Origin: a virus
Lineage: Duplodnaviria; Heunggongvirae; Uroviricota; Caudoviricetes
Strand: one strand, 5' to 3'
Virus record (IMG/VR): IMGVR_UViG_3300009131_000001
Coordinates: 17,814 to 81,813 of that record
Length of the DNA stretch: 64,000 bases
The notes under the pieces were generated by a model. The model had not been told where the DNA came from. It ran no database searches and saw nothing but the letters and a program-made list of their open reading frames with translations. Of this stretch, positions 1-8,946 are shown piece by piece. The position numbers were made by a program, and so were the translations under genes. The first letter of the stretch is position 1, and every line of letters begins with the position of its first letter.

Positions 1-2280
1 TACTACTTCACATCAAGTATACCTAAAAGAACTATAGATAGTAAGGATACGGGATACTACGACAAGAAGTATGAGGCTGTTGAAGGTAATGAAAGTAAAC
101 TTCAGATGTATGAGTTTATGGTTAGAACCAATAGTAAGCTCAATAAGTATCTAGGAGATGAAATTAGTGGAATAACTCCATATACAATACCAGCATTAGA
201 AAAAACCTCTCTTGAGCACTATATGACAGGTGGAATGAGTAATGCTGTTGGAGAAGCTTGGAATAAGTTTAGAAGTGAATATATTGAAAAAACTAATAAT
301 GAGTTTATTCCAGGTTCTGCTGTAACTGCTAATGATAGGGAAATACTTCAGTTAAGGGCTAAGTTTATTACAGATAATAGGGATAGGATATTAGATTACA
401 TTAAGTTAAAGCAAATTCAATATGAGAATGCTACAAATTCTCCTGCTACACCTGAAATGATTGCTGAATGGAAAAAGGATATAGTTTCACAAATAGCCAG
501 TGAACAATCATTTGATTTACCAACAATACTTAAACTATATGCTCTAGCAGCAACTAACTATAAGTACATGTCTAAGGTGGAGTTTGCCATGACTATTGCT
601 AATGAAATGAATAGACAGGCTAGACAAACTCAACTAAATTCTTATGACCAAGATAAAGTATCGGATTTTTCTAGAGTACTTAGGGATGCTAATGGTTCTG
701 TAGAATGGGTAGAAGATTTTATTAAACATCACTTCAATATAGGAACTAGACTTAAGGAAGGAGTATCTAAAACTAAAACTTATACTAAAAAGGAGCAAAG
801 ACAATTAGATGAGATTGATGCTGAAATTAAGACTCTTCAAGATAGACTTGCTGAAGGTAAGATAGATGAAGCAGAATTTAGTAAGAAGTACGCTGATTTA
901 AGTTCACAAAGAAATAAGATTGGGGGATATTTTAAGGCTTCAGGAGTTGGTGATAAAGTACTTAAATTCTATCAACTTCTAGGAATGGGATGGAATGGGT
1001 TTGCAGGATTTATCAATGTTGGAGTTGGACAGTTAGGTAACTATATTGAAGCGTCAGGAGGACAGAGATTTAATGTAGATGAGTTAAATAAAGCAGAATT
1101 ACTAGTAATGAATTCTATTGCTAAAGGAGTTACTATGGAAATTGTTAATACACCTCAAGCAAGAAAGATTAGAGCTTTAATGGAAAAGTATCAGGTGCTT
1201 AAAGAAACTGCTAATGACCTATATGATAATAGAAAATGGGGTAAATTCTTAGGTAGTAAAAAGGCTAAATACCTAATGCCATACACAATGCAATCCATGA
1301 CTGAGTATGTTAACCAAGCACCTGTAATGATTAGTATGCTTCTACATACTAAGGTTAAGGATGCTAGTGGCAATGAAATATCTCTATGGGATGCTTATGA
1401 CGAAACTGGCAACTTAAAAGATGGGGTAGAGTTTAATGATTCTGAAGAAAATAGGAAGGATTTCTTAACTCAAAAGAGTAAGATAGATTCAGCTATAGTA
1501 TGGATTCATGGTAACTATGACCCCGATAGAAAGGTAATGTATAAGAATAGAATACTTGGTAGAGCACTAATGATGTTTAGAGGATGGCTACCAATGGCTA
1601 TTACCAGTAGGTTTGGTAAGGAAATACCAGATTTTCAAGGTGGGATAATTAGAAAAGGTAGATGGATATCCTATAAAGATTACTATCAATCTGTTGGGGC
1701 AGTTAAAGGTTCTATAAATATTATGAAATCTCTACTAATGAAACTTGCTGGAATGCCTTTAGTAAACAAGATTACTAGGGTGGATAACAGTCAACTATTT
1801 AATGATTTAATATCAGATGAATTTACAGAGGTAGATGCTGCTAATATGAGAAGAAATATGCAAGCATTAATTATGTATGGTTCAATGATGATTCTTACAT
1901 TACTAGTTAAGGCTAATATGGATGATACAGATGATGAAGAAAAAGCTCTATGTTACTTCTGGATTAATCAAATTAATAGAATTCAGTCTGATATGAGCTT
2001 CTTTATTGACCCGACAGAGTTTGTTAAGCTGAATAAAAATGTAGTTCCTGTATTCCAACTAGTTACTAATTTTGAGAAGGCTATGGAATCCACAACTAAT
2101 GTTGTATTTGGAGCAGATGATGAGTATCAGCAAGGCCCATATAAAGGACAATCTAAGCAATTTATAGCTTGGGGTAGAGTTATTCCAGGTATGAATCAAC
2201 TACCCAGATTTAGTTCAATTACAGAACAACTTTACGATAAAAATACTATTACATCAATGGTAACTGATGATGGGGAATAA
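1..2280 (+). CDS. Virion-associated protein, partial at the 5' end (frame is open from nt 1). Gly-rich hydrophobic segments resemble a tape-measure or internal/ejection protein.
   Basis: The frame is open from window position 1 through 2280 with no stop, and the ORF track places the first Met at 106. It carries Gly-zipper/TM-like stretches (GMGWNGFAGFINVGVGQLG; ALIMYGSMMILTLLV) and helical regions. It is the last plus-strand gene before the convergent terminator. Confidence 0.45.
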   Translation, partial: YYFTSSIPKRTIDSKDTGYYDKKYEAVEGNESKLQMYEFMVRTNSKLNKYLGDEISGITPYTIPALEKTSLEHYMTGGMSNAVGEAWNKFRSEYIEKTNNEFIPGSAVTANDREILQLRAKFITDNRDRILDYIKLKQIQYENATNSPATPEMIAEWKKDIVSQIASEQSFDLPTILKLYALAATNYKYMSKVEFAMTIANEMNRQARQTQLNSYDQDKVSDFSRVLRDANGSVEWVEDFIKHHFNIGTRLKEGVSKTKTYTKKEQRQLDEIDAEIKTLQDRLAEGKIDEAEFSKKYADLSSQRNKIGGYFKASGVGDKVLKFYQLLGMGWNGFAGFINVGVGQLGNYIEASGGQRFNVDELNKAELLVMNSIAKGVTMEIVNTPQARKIRALMEKYQVLKETANDLYDNRKWGKFLGSKKAKYLMPYTMQSMTEYVNQAPVMISMLLHTKVKDASGNEISLWDAYDETGNLKDGVEFNDSEENRKDFLTQKSKIDSAIVWIHGNYDPDRKVMYKNRILGRALMMFRGWLPMAITSRFGKEIPDFQGGIIRKGRWISYKDYYQSVGAVKGSINIMKSLLMKLAGMPLVNKITRVDNSQLFNDLISDEFTEVDAANMRRNMQALIMYGSMMILTLLVKANMDDTDDEEKALCYFWINQINRIQSDMSFFIDPTEFVKLNKNVVPVFQLVTNFEKAMESTTNVVFGADDEYQQGPYKGQSKQFIAWGRVIPGMNQLPRFSSITEQLYDKNTITSMVTDDGE

Positions 2281-2324
2281 TGCGTGGCTAAAATTTTTTA
2301 TTGAGCGCAAATAAATAAAATATA

Positions 2325-2360
2325 GGGAAGATATTAATATAGTATCTTCCCTTATTTATT
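2325..2360. terminator. Bidirectional rho-independent terminator between convergent gene blocks
   Basis: Perfect inverted repeat gggaagata/tatcttccc (9 bp) with a 9-nt loop. It is followed by ttatttatt on the plus strand and an A/T run on the minus strand. It lies between the stop at 2280 (+) and the stop at 2359 (-). Confidence 0.6.
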
Positions 2361-3252
2361 AACCACAACTAGAATACCCTCGTACACTACCAGTATTCCC
2401 GCAACTAGAATAATTTGGAACTGTAGGAGATGAATATAAAACATCCATTGGATTGTAAAATTCTACAGGTTTTCCAAAATTCCAATCTTCATATAATATA
2501 CCATCTGGTTGATATATTAATTCATATATAAAGTTTACATGATTAGATGGTTCATTAAGAGAGTACTTGAAATTTACAGGCATTCCCTTAATAAGTTTAC
2601 TATCTAACTTACATACTGGGCAACTATCTTTTCTAATGGACTTTACATTTGAAAATAAGTCATGTAATTTAAAATTATCCAAATTATCTGAATTATAGTT
2701 TTTTCTAAATGTCACAGAAGAAGCCCCAACTTTAAAAGCAAAATCTACATAATCATATAAATATTGTTTATCTCCAAAATTCTCTTCTACTACACAATTT
2801 ATATTAACTGGAATTCCTACATCATTTAATTTCTTACAAATAGTAGTAAGTTTTTTAGTACTTGGAACATCTTTAGTATTAAATATTTTATAGTTTTCTA
2901 TATCATCTATAGAATGTCTAGAAATATTAATATAACGAACCTTATTTTTCAGTATATCTATAACATTTGAAATATTACCCCCATTACTAGTAAGCACTAC
3001 TTTTGGGAAATTATATCTTGAAATAGTTTCTAAAGTAGGTGTAAGAAACTCACTATATGTAGGTTCTCCTCCTGATATTGAACATTGTGTAAATATATCA
3101 GGTAATATACTAAGATAATGGTTAAGTCTAGATAAGTAAGTAACATCTGTATAACTAGGCTTCCAAAAACAAAATCCACAATTAGCATTACATCCTCCAG
3201 GAAGAATTACTGTTAAATTTGGGGATTCTTGTATTGATTTTTTAAGTTTCAT
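2359..3252 (-). CDS. Radical SAM enzyme, viperin/MoaA-like
   Basis: CNANCGFCFW forms a CxxxCxxC motif with an aromatic residue, as in viperin CNYKCGFCFH. SISGGEP is the SAM glycine motif. VVLTSNGG and ISRHSIDDIEN parallel viperin VSIVSNGS and ISCDSFDEEVN. The C-terminus is Cys-rich (CPVC ... SSCG ... SSCG). Confidence 0.7.
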   Translation of the reverse strand: MKLKKSIQESPNLTVILPGGCNANCGFCFWKPSYTDVTYLSRLNHYLSILPDIFTQCSISGGEPTYSEFLTPTLETISRYNFPKVVLTSNGGNISNVIDILKNKVRYINISRHSIDDIENYKIFNTKDVPSTKKLTTICKKLNDVGIPVNINCVVEENFGDKQYLYDYVDFAFKVGASSVTFRKNYNSDNLDNFKLHDLFSNVKSIRKDSCPVCKLDSKLIKGMPVNFKYSLNEPSNHVNFIYELIYQPDGILYEDWNFGKPVEFYNPMDVLYSSPTVPNYSSCGNTGSVRGYSSCG

Positions 3253-3280
3253 ATATAATAATTTTTATTATTTCAATAAT

Positions 3281-3306
3281 AAGGGTACCCATAATAAGGT
3301 ACCCTT
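3281..3306 (-). terminator. Hairpin (possible terminator or regulatory stem-loop) between the HNH gene and the radical SAM gene
   Basis: aagggtacc/ggtaccctt is a perfect 9-bp inverted repeat with an 8-nt loop, and the context is A/T-rich. Confidence 0.3.
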
Positions 3307-3373
3307 AAATATTTAGTTTCACCCCCTGTATAGATAGTTACTCTATCAGATGCTTAAGGTCAGCCTTAACTAT

Positions 3374-3928
3374 TCAGGAATAATCAACAATATCTTTAAT
3401 AAATTTGAATGTTTCTTCTGGGGTAAGACATGCTTTTAAATAGTTAATTGATCTACATACTAAAACAGAGTTTTCTTTTGTATATCCTATTTTAGAATTT
3501 AGTCTATCTATACTCATGGAATATTGAGAATTACTATCTAAACTTAATGGTATATGTGAAAAATAACACAATCCATTTTGTCTATTAAATAATTCCTCAA
3601 TGTAATTTCCATCAAGTTCAAAACATAAATTCTTTTTCTTAGCATTTCCTTTCACCATTGCACATCTACGAAAGAATGGATTTAGCCCTTTTTGCAAAAT
3701 TCCATTTACAAACCATGGGTTTGTAGATTTCTTAATACTCCTTTGACTAGACGTTTTTCTGCATCCGCATGATTTTGTTTTACCAGAAGCTAATCTATAA
3801 ACCGGAACAATTGATGTGTTTCCACAATTACATTGACATAAAAAATAATTTTTATTATTTCTATTGTATGCAAAGTCTACTACTAGCAAATCTCCAAATG
3901 TTTTGTTTATTAAATCTATTTTTTTCAT
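3374..3928 (-). CDS. HNH homing endonuclease (probable start at internal MKKIDL)
   Basis: N-terminal FGDLLVVDF...CQCNCGN...SCGC zinc-finger-like module typical of phage HNH endonucleases. C-terminal SIDRLNSKIGYTKENSVLVCRSINYLK is an HNH motif. Confidence 0.6.
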   Translation of the reverse strand: MKKIDLINKTFGDLLVVDFAYNRNNKNYFLCQCNCGNTSIVPVYRLASGKTKSCGCRKTSSQRSIKKSTNPWFVNGILQKGLNPFFRRCAMVKGNAKKKNLCFELDGNYIEELFNRQNGLCYFSHIPLSLDSNSQYSMSIDRLNSKIGYTKENSVLVCRSINYLKACLTPEETFKFIKDIVDYS

Positions 3929-4024
3929 CTTACTATATTTATTTTTTACAAAAAAACACAATAAAATGCAAAAATCCAAATAATTATTAAATTATATATT
4001 AACTATTAAGGGAGCCACCTCTAA

Positions 4025-4207
4025 CTAATTTCTATCTACACCATCAATATATTCACCAGTAGCATCCCATGTAGGACATTTATATCCATTATAGAAATTA
4101 AATAATTCTGAATCTATTAATTCTTCTACACATAGTAGTAACAAAGAATCTTTATTATCAGTATCTAAAGTACTTATCCATTCTTGTAACCTCTCAGTTC
4201 TAGTCAT
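4025..4207 (-). CDS. hypothetical protein
   Basis: Tightly packed co-oriented ORF in the early block. Confidence 0.35.
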   Translation of the reverse strand: MTRTERLQEWISTLDTDNKDSLLLLCVEELIDSELFNFYNGYKCPTWDATGEYIDGVDRN

Positions 4208-4218
4208 TTTATTTAGTT

Positions 4219-4437
4219 CTATATATTATGAAAATCTATATAATAATTATCACCAATTTTAATAGCATCTACTTCTTTATAATCCACATATTCACAATAT
4301 TCGTGTGATTTTAATTCTTTCAAACTAATATCCCCTAATTTTTTCTTATTAGTAACATCATACACTACTGAAAACCCCATTTCGTGAAAAGCACAATAGT
4401 CCCCACTAATTTCAATATATACTCTAATTTTTTCCAT
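4219..4437 (-). CDS. hypothetical protein
   Basis: Co-oriented ORF, 2-nt spacing to its neighbour. Confidence 0.4.
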   Translation of the reverse strand: MEKIRVYIEISGDYCAFHEMGFSVVYDVTNKKKLGDISLKELKSHEYCEYVDYKEVDAIKIGDNYYIDFHNI

Positions 4438-4439
4438 AA

Positions 4440-4625
4440 TTATACTGTTTTATCAAATACTTTAACTTCAGCAAATAATACATTCAAATATAAAAATTCT
4501 TTGCTGACATTAATTGAAAATAATGATCTACTAAAATCCCAATGAGGTCTTTCAAGTCCACAAAAAGCTAAGTAAAATCCATTATAGGAATTCCACTCAA
4601 AATTAAACAATGTAAATCTCTCCAT
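4440..4625 (-). CDS. hypothetical protein
   Basis: Co-oriented ORF. Confidence 0.35.
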   Translation of the reverse strand: MERFTLFNFEWNSYNGFYLAFCGLERPHWDFSRSLFSINVSKEFLYLNVLFAEVKVFDKTV

Positions 4626-4639
4626 TTTATTTTTATTAA

Positions 4640-4861
4640 TTATTTTACAACTACAAATCCTGTTTTAGGAGCATAAAATCCATCTTGTTCTACTCTCCAG
4701 CTCATTCCTGAAGTATTTGACAAACCAACTACTATAGGTAATCCGCTAGTAGTAAATCCCTGACATACTCCATGTACTAATCCTTTATACCAAGGAGGAT
4801 TAAACACTATAGTATCCCCCACTTCTGGAATATTTCCTAAAATATCTTTTCTTATTTCCAT
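4640..4861 (-). CDS. hypothetical protein
   Basis: Co-oriented ORF, 1-nt spacing to the downstream gene. Confidence 0.4.
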   Translation of the reverse strand: MEIRKDILGNIPEVGDTIVFNPPWYKGLVHGVCQGFTTSGLPIVVGLSNTSGMSWRVEQDGFYAPKTGFVVVK

Positions 4862-4862
4862 T

Positions 4863-5471
4863 TTATTCAGTTTTATTTGTTATTAATTCAGACATAGGAA
4901 GAGTTTCTATCCATTTACAGAAATCTTGCCACTCTTGAAGCTTATGATGCTTGCGCTGTGAATAAATAGTTTTAAGTTGAAGATAGTTAGTTGATATACC
5001 CATCCATTTTAAATAACCAGATGGTAAATTCTCAATTATTCTTTTAAAACATATTTCTTTCTCGTCTAAAAATAACGGCGAATTATATGCCCTTATAGAA
5101 CCATTAATCAATTCTATAATACCATCATGTACATTGTTAGTAAAATCATCTTTAGTTAATTCTCTGCTAGTAATTTTATGCATCTTACTCTGAGAACTAA
5201 CAATGTCTACCCAGTGGTATCTTTGTAATTGTGGGCTAAAATATTCAGGATATTGTAGGTCAAATTGAACTATAATTCCTTTAAGGAAATTATTATGTCC
5301 TGAACCACTTGGTGTATTTGCTAGCTTTTTAGCTCTATTAGTATCCCCATTACATATAGATGATATGGCTTCCGACTTATCTAAATCTTTAGGTTCCCCA
5401 ACTTGCATTGGATAACCACTACGAACTAAGCTTTCTGCCAATCCGTAAATTTTTATATTTTTAATTTTCAT
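4863..5471 (-). CDS. Hypothetical protein with a faint ThyX-like resemblance (not supported)
   Basis: 202-aa ORF. GHNNF...IIVQF...QRYHW loosely recalls the ThyX N-terminal region but lacks the RHR motif. Confidence 0.45.
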   Translation of the reverse strand: MKIKNIKIYGLAESLVRSGYPMQVGEPKDLDKSEAISSICNGDTNRAKKLANTPSGSGHNNFLKGIIVQFDLQYPEYFSPQLQRYHWVDIVSSQSKMHKITSRELTKDDFTNNVHDGIIELINGSIRAYNSPLFLDEKEICFKRIIENLPSGYLKWMGISTNYLQLKTIYSQRKHHKLQEWQDFCKWIETLPMSELITNKTE

Positions 5472-6420
5472 GCAATAGTTTAAAAATTACGCCTTTATAT
5501 TTGTTATTGCCTTTATAGGACTTACCAGACTTTAATAGTTTTTCTATTGTTTTTCTATTAATTCCTGTATATTCTGATGTTTTTATTATATTATCAAACT
5601 GTAATATTTGATTATCATATTCAAAGGTAATTGGAACCCATTGTGAAGATTTTGTATTTTTTCTATTAAATTTCTCAATTCTGTATTTATCAAAAGGATC
5701 ATCTGGATATCTCCAAACAAAACCGTATGCAGATAGTACTTTTCCTTTAGAACATCTTACTATAGGTTGATATTTAAATCCAAGGTTCCTCTCTATTTCC
5801 ACAGAACTTGTAAAAGTTTTTATAAAATTTCCATCTATGTCATATTGATTTATTGGTTTAGATATCCTTAAAATATTTTTTTCTGACATTTTCTTTCCAG
5901 TATTGGCAATACTTATCTTAAGTTTTTGCTCTTCAGATAATTTCTTACCTAATCTAGATAAAGACATATTCTTTCGCCATTCAGGTGTTCTTGGTATATT
6001 ACGTAATGATTTTGAAAGTTTATCTATAGTCTCTTTTCTTCTTTTTACTCCTAAACATGATTTTTCTACTATTTTACAAATATTCATATCTGGATTAATG
6101 ATGTCTATATAATGCTGCTCAAATTTCATACATTCTTCTGCATCACAATAATGAATAACATATGCTTTAATATTATAGCATTTATTATAAATATTTTGCA
6201 TGAACACATTATAATGCTTATTTCTATGTAATAACCATTTATGTTGATTTATTCTTTCAGATAATCCTAATTTATTTGCTGTGCTACCAATATACAAATG
6301 ACTACCAATTTTTATTAAATATATACCAGTACTTCTATTTATTTTTTTAACTATTACTTTCCCATTACATTCCTCAATAATTTTCTCTAGTTCTTCTATA
6401 TTTTTTATATTGTTATTCAT
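5461..6420 (-). CDS. GIY-YIG homing endonuclease with NUMOD3/IENR1-like DNA-binding repeats
   Basis: GIYLIKIGSHLYIGST is a GIY-YIG core. NUMOD3-like EEQKLKISIANTGKK and a C-terminal IENR1-like YTGINRKTIEKLLKSGKSYKG are present. Confidence 0.75.
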   Translation of the reverse strand: MNNNIKNIEELEKIIEECNGKVIVKKINRSTGIYLIKIGSHLYIGSTANKLGLSERINQHKWLLHRNKHYNVFMQNIYNKCYNIKAYVIHYCDAEECMKFEQHYIDIINPDMNICKIVEKSCLGVKRRKETIDKLSKSLRNIPRTPEWRKNMSLSRLGKKLSEEQKLKISIANTGKKMSEKNILRISKPINQYDIDGNFIKTFTSSVEIERNLGFKYQPIVRCSKGKVLSAYGFVWRYPDDPFDKYRIEKFNRKNTKSSQWVPITFEYDNQILQFDNIIKTSEYTGINRKTIEKLLKSGKSYKGNNKYKGVIFKLLHEN

Positions 6421-6549
6421 ATAAGTTATTATAATATTAGGTTATTTATTTAAGAGAATCTAGCCCATAAGGAAGTCTTAAAGCCTCAAACATTGCCCTA
6501 AGACCTCCCATGTCAATTAATTCTACTTCTAGTCTTTTATTAATTTTCA

Positions 6550-6765
6550 TTATTCTAGTTCTTTTTTAAGTTGGTCTGCAATTAGCAATACATATTTACG
6601 ATCTACGTAAGATTCAATTTCATCAGCACATCTTCTTACAGTTTCTTCAATTGCTTCAATTTGAATTTGCTTAATAATTATAACAACTTCTTCTTCTGTT
6701 GCTGCAACTATAAAATTTTTATACCTTTTTGCAATTTCTTCAGGCTTTCTCATATAATTCTTCAT
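6550..6765 (-). CDS. hypothetical protein
   Basis: Co-oriented early ORF. Confidence 0.35.
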   Translation of the reverse strand: MKNYMRKPEEIAKRYKNFIVAATEEEVVIIIKQIQIEAIEETVRRCADEIESYVDRKYVLLIADQLKKELE

Positions 6766-7123
6766 TTAAAAACTCATTAATTGTTTCATAGAAATCTAAT
6801 TCTTCCCAAGTTTCTCCTTTGTATTTATTTTCAAATTTCAAAGTTAAATATTGAGCCAACTCAACTAGACCTTTTCTACCCTGAGATTCATATATTTCAT
6901 CAACAAGTTTTGACTTAAAAGTTGTACATTCTGCTTCCATCCAAGATAATTCGGCAACAATATTGTAGTAAGTTTCTAAATAAGATTCTGCTCCATTTGG
7001 GAATTTTTCATTTAATTGCAACTGTAGTCCTGAAAATTCCCTCCAATGGTATTCATTAGTTTTACTTCCAATATTATTTATTAGATGTTCTAAACACTGA
7101 GTAGTTTGCTGTATTATATCCAT
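6740..7123 (-). CDS. hypothetical protein
   Basis: Co-oriented early ORF, 127 aa. Confidence 0.45.
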   Translation of the reverse strand: MDIIQQTTQCLEHLINNIGSKTNEYHWREFSGLQLQLNEKFPNGAESYLETYYNIVAELSWMEAECTTFKSKLVDEIYESQGRKGLVELAQYLTLKFENKYKGETWEELDFYETINEFLNEELYEKA

Positions 7124-7344
7124 TATTCAGTCACTTTACATTTATATTGTATAGGGGCTTTATATAAACCGAATGTTACTGTTTGAAGCAGTTGTTTCCA
7201 CCATTTTTTATGAGGAGTTTCCAGAATTTTCATCTTAACATTCTTCTCACATATTATTATATCTCCTTTATAGAAATAGTTATTATTGAATTGTAAATAA
7301 AATTTATCCCCATTATTTATACCTGGTAATTCTTTATTTTCCAT
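7123..7344 (-). CDS. hypothetical protein
   Basis: Start/stop overlap coupling with its neighbours. Confidence 0.4.
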   Translation of the reverse strand: MENKELPGINNGDKFYLQFNNNYFYKGDIIICEKNVKMKILETPHKKWWKQLLQTVTFGLYKAPIQYKCKVTE

Positions 7345-7603
7345 TTCTTTCTTTTAAAAATTCTTGGAATAGTTCTTTATTTGTAAGAATATTATTTTCT
7401 AGATTATACTCTAATCTAGAAGCATAATCATATACCCAATCAGCGAACCCAATACATAAATCCTCTATTTTTGATTCTGCGTATTCTACACCTGATTTAA
7501 ATTCACCAGTAAGTTCATCCTTATATTTACATGCCCAATCTGGAAGGTACGAATAAATTTCTAGTGCTGCTTTTTCTACTTCTTCCTCGTTAAATATTTT
7601 CAT
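7334..7603 (-). CDS. hypothetical protein
   Basis: Overlapping coupled ORF. Confidence 0.4.
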   Translation of the reverse strand: MKIFNEEEVEKAALEIYSYLPDWACKYKDELTGEFKSGVEYAESKIEDLCIGFADWVYDYASRLEYNLENNILTNKELFQEFLKERNGK

Positions 7604-7851
7604 ACTATTTGATTTTTAACTCTTCTAATATCTTCATAGTTAACAACATATCTTTCCCTACCCATCCAATCTGACCCTGTCCAAGTTTCAGTAGTAACTT
7701 CTGCCACAGTAACACATAAATCAACAGTTTGATTACATGCTTCTCTCATAGCATTTAAAATCTCTTGTTTAAAAGCATCAGATTTAGTTTCTATTCCAAC
7801 TACTTTGTCAAGTATTTCTTCAAGGTTAATTATCCTCATTATCCAACTCAA
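7600..7851 (-). CDS. hypothetical protein
   Basis: 4-nt overlap coupling. Confidence 0.4.
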   Translation of the reverse strand: MSWIMRIINLEEILDKVVGIETKSDAFKQEILNAMREACNQTVDLCVTVAEVTTETWTGSDWMGRERYVVNYEDIRRVKNQIV

Positions 7852-8020
7852 TTACTAGTTTATCACTTTTCTTTTTGTAGTTAACCTTTTTAAGATTCTG
7901 CTTCTTCTTACCTAGTACAAATTCAATAGATAAATCTTTATCATCTATTAAATGTCTTTTATACTTAGCACTTGCCCCATCCTTAAATGTCTTTCCCATA
8001 CTTATAAGTATAACTTGCAA
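7826..8020 (-). CDS. hypothetical protein
   Basis: Lys-rich small ORF. Confidence 0.3.
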   Translation of the reverse strand: MQVILISMGKTFKDGASAKYKRHLIDDKDLSIEFVLGKKKQNLKKVNYKKKSDKLVIELDNEDN

Positions 8021-8246
8021 TTAAAGTTTCAATCTCATTAACTACCTTAAATACATCCATAACATCTTCTCCATTAGAATTTGTATAGCATTTAGTTTTT
8101 ACTTTAATGTTATTGTTTCCAACAATACTAGTAATACTCTTACTATTAAATTCTAATGAAGTAAGATGTTTCTTCTCCGATTCAATTTTAATCTGAAAGT
8201 TGCCCATATTTATAAAATGTGTCAATTCTTTCTTTTGCTCTATCAA
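7983..8246 (-). CDS. hypothetical protein
   Basis: Co-oriented ORF. Confidence 0.35.
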   Translation of the reverse strand: MIEQKKELTHFINMGNFQIKIESEKKHLTSLEFNSKSITSIVGNNNIKVKTKCYTNSNGEDVMDVFKVVNEIETLIASYTYKYGKDI

Positions 8247-8493
8247 TAATATCTAAGTCTTCTATTTTACCAAAGAATCCCCAAATACTATCAATAATCT
8301 GCTTATTCTTATCTAGTAGAACATATCCATAGACATCTCCATTTAGATAATCTTGTTGCTCTTTCTTTAGCAATTCTTCATCAAATACATCATTACCATC
8401 AATATAAATATCAGGCATTGATTCTGGTTCATAAGGGTCTATATCTTTATGAATCTCAATAAATACACCTCTATAAGGTACTTCTAGCTCCAT
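8188..8493 (-). CDS. hypothetical acidic protein
   Basis: 101 aa, D/E-rich. Confidence 0.4.
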   Translation of the reverse strand: MELEVPYRGVFIEIHKDIDPYEPESMPDIYIDGNDVFDEELLKKEQQDYLNGDVYGYVLLDKNKQIIDSIWGFFGKIEDLDIIDRAKERIDTFYKYGQLSD

Positions 8494-8504
8494 ATTATTT
8501 TGTT

Positions 8505-8741
8505 TTATTCTATTAAACCGTTTAGAATTGATTGTTTGTCAACACTTGGGAAAGTTTCATCCCAATCGGATTTGGCATTATCAGCAGCCCATCTAATACA
8601 AGCATTCCAAGCATCTTTTTGAAATAATCTAATCATTCCTTTTATTTGTAAGTGCTCTTCTTCATCTTTAAAATTAACACAGTTAAGTAAGAATCTATCT
8701 ATATAATTATCTGATTGTAACTCTTCAAATTCTTCTACCAT
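8505..8741 (-). CDS. hypothetical protein
   Basis: Co-oriented ORF. Confidence 0.4.
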   Translation of the reverse strand: MVEEFEELQSDNYIDRFLLNCVNFKDEEEHLQIKGMIRLFQKDAWNACIRWAADNAKSDWDETFPSVDKQSILNGLIE

Positions 8742-8742
8742 A

Positions 8743-8946
8743 CTATTTCTTTTTGTATACTTTCTCTAGCCATATTTTAAATCTCTTACACTTAAATTTA
8801 AATATTAATATACCCCCTAATAAAAGTACATTAATAAGATTGCAAGTATACGCAACATTAAGTCCATATAAAATATAGCATATAGTATCCGTAAGTAACC
8901 AAAATATATAAAAGGTTACTAAAACTAAATCTTTGTGTGTCACCAT
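8743..8946 (-). CDS. small membrane protein
   Basis: 67 aa with two hydrophobic segments (FYIFWLLTDTICYILYGL; LINVLLLGGILIF). Confidence 0.4.
   Translation of the reverse strand: MVTHKDLVLVTFYIFWLLTDTICYILYGLNVAYTCNLINVLLLGGILIFKFKCKRFKIWLEKVYKKK

Noticed and set aside
1191-1373. Antisense and internal short ORFs listed in the six-frame track. Examples: 1191..1373, 3769..3990, 5903..6112, 16662..16874, 16966..17205, 19264..19476, 19582..19824, 21915..22139, 24358..24642, 25087..25335, 25807..26324, 27818..28433, 32724..32968, 33798..34094, 36479..36757, 37405..37969, 40900..41214, 46773..46979, 48618..49156, 51317..51699, 54523..54815, 56577..56915, 57430..57654, 58024..58221, 61916..62206, 62450..62653, 62843..63363.
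   Set aside because: Each lies within and opposite, or out of frame, to a longer ORF with recognisable domains or consistent operon orientation. They are hydrophobic or low-complexity and typical of AT-rich shadow frames.
4863-5471. Flavin-dependent thymidylate synthase (ThyX)
   Set aside because: There is only a loose resemblance in the N-terminal region. The diagnostic RHRxxxxxxxS dUMP-binding motif is absent, so it is left as hypothetical.
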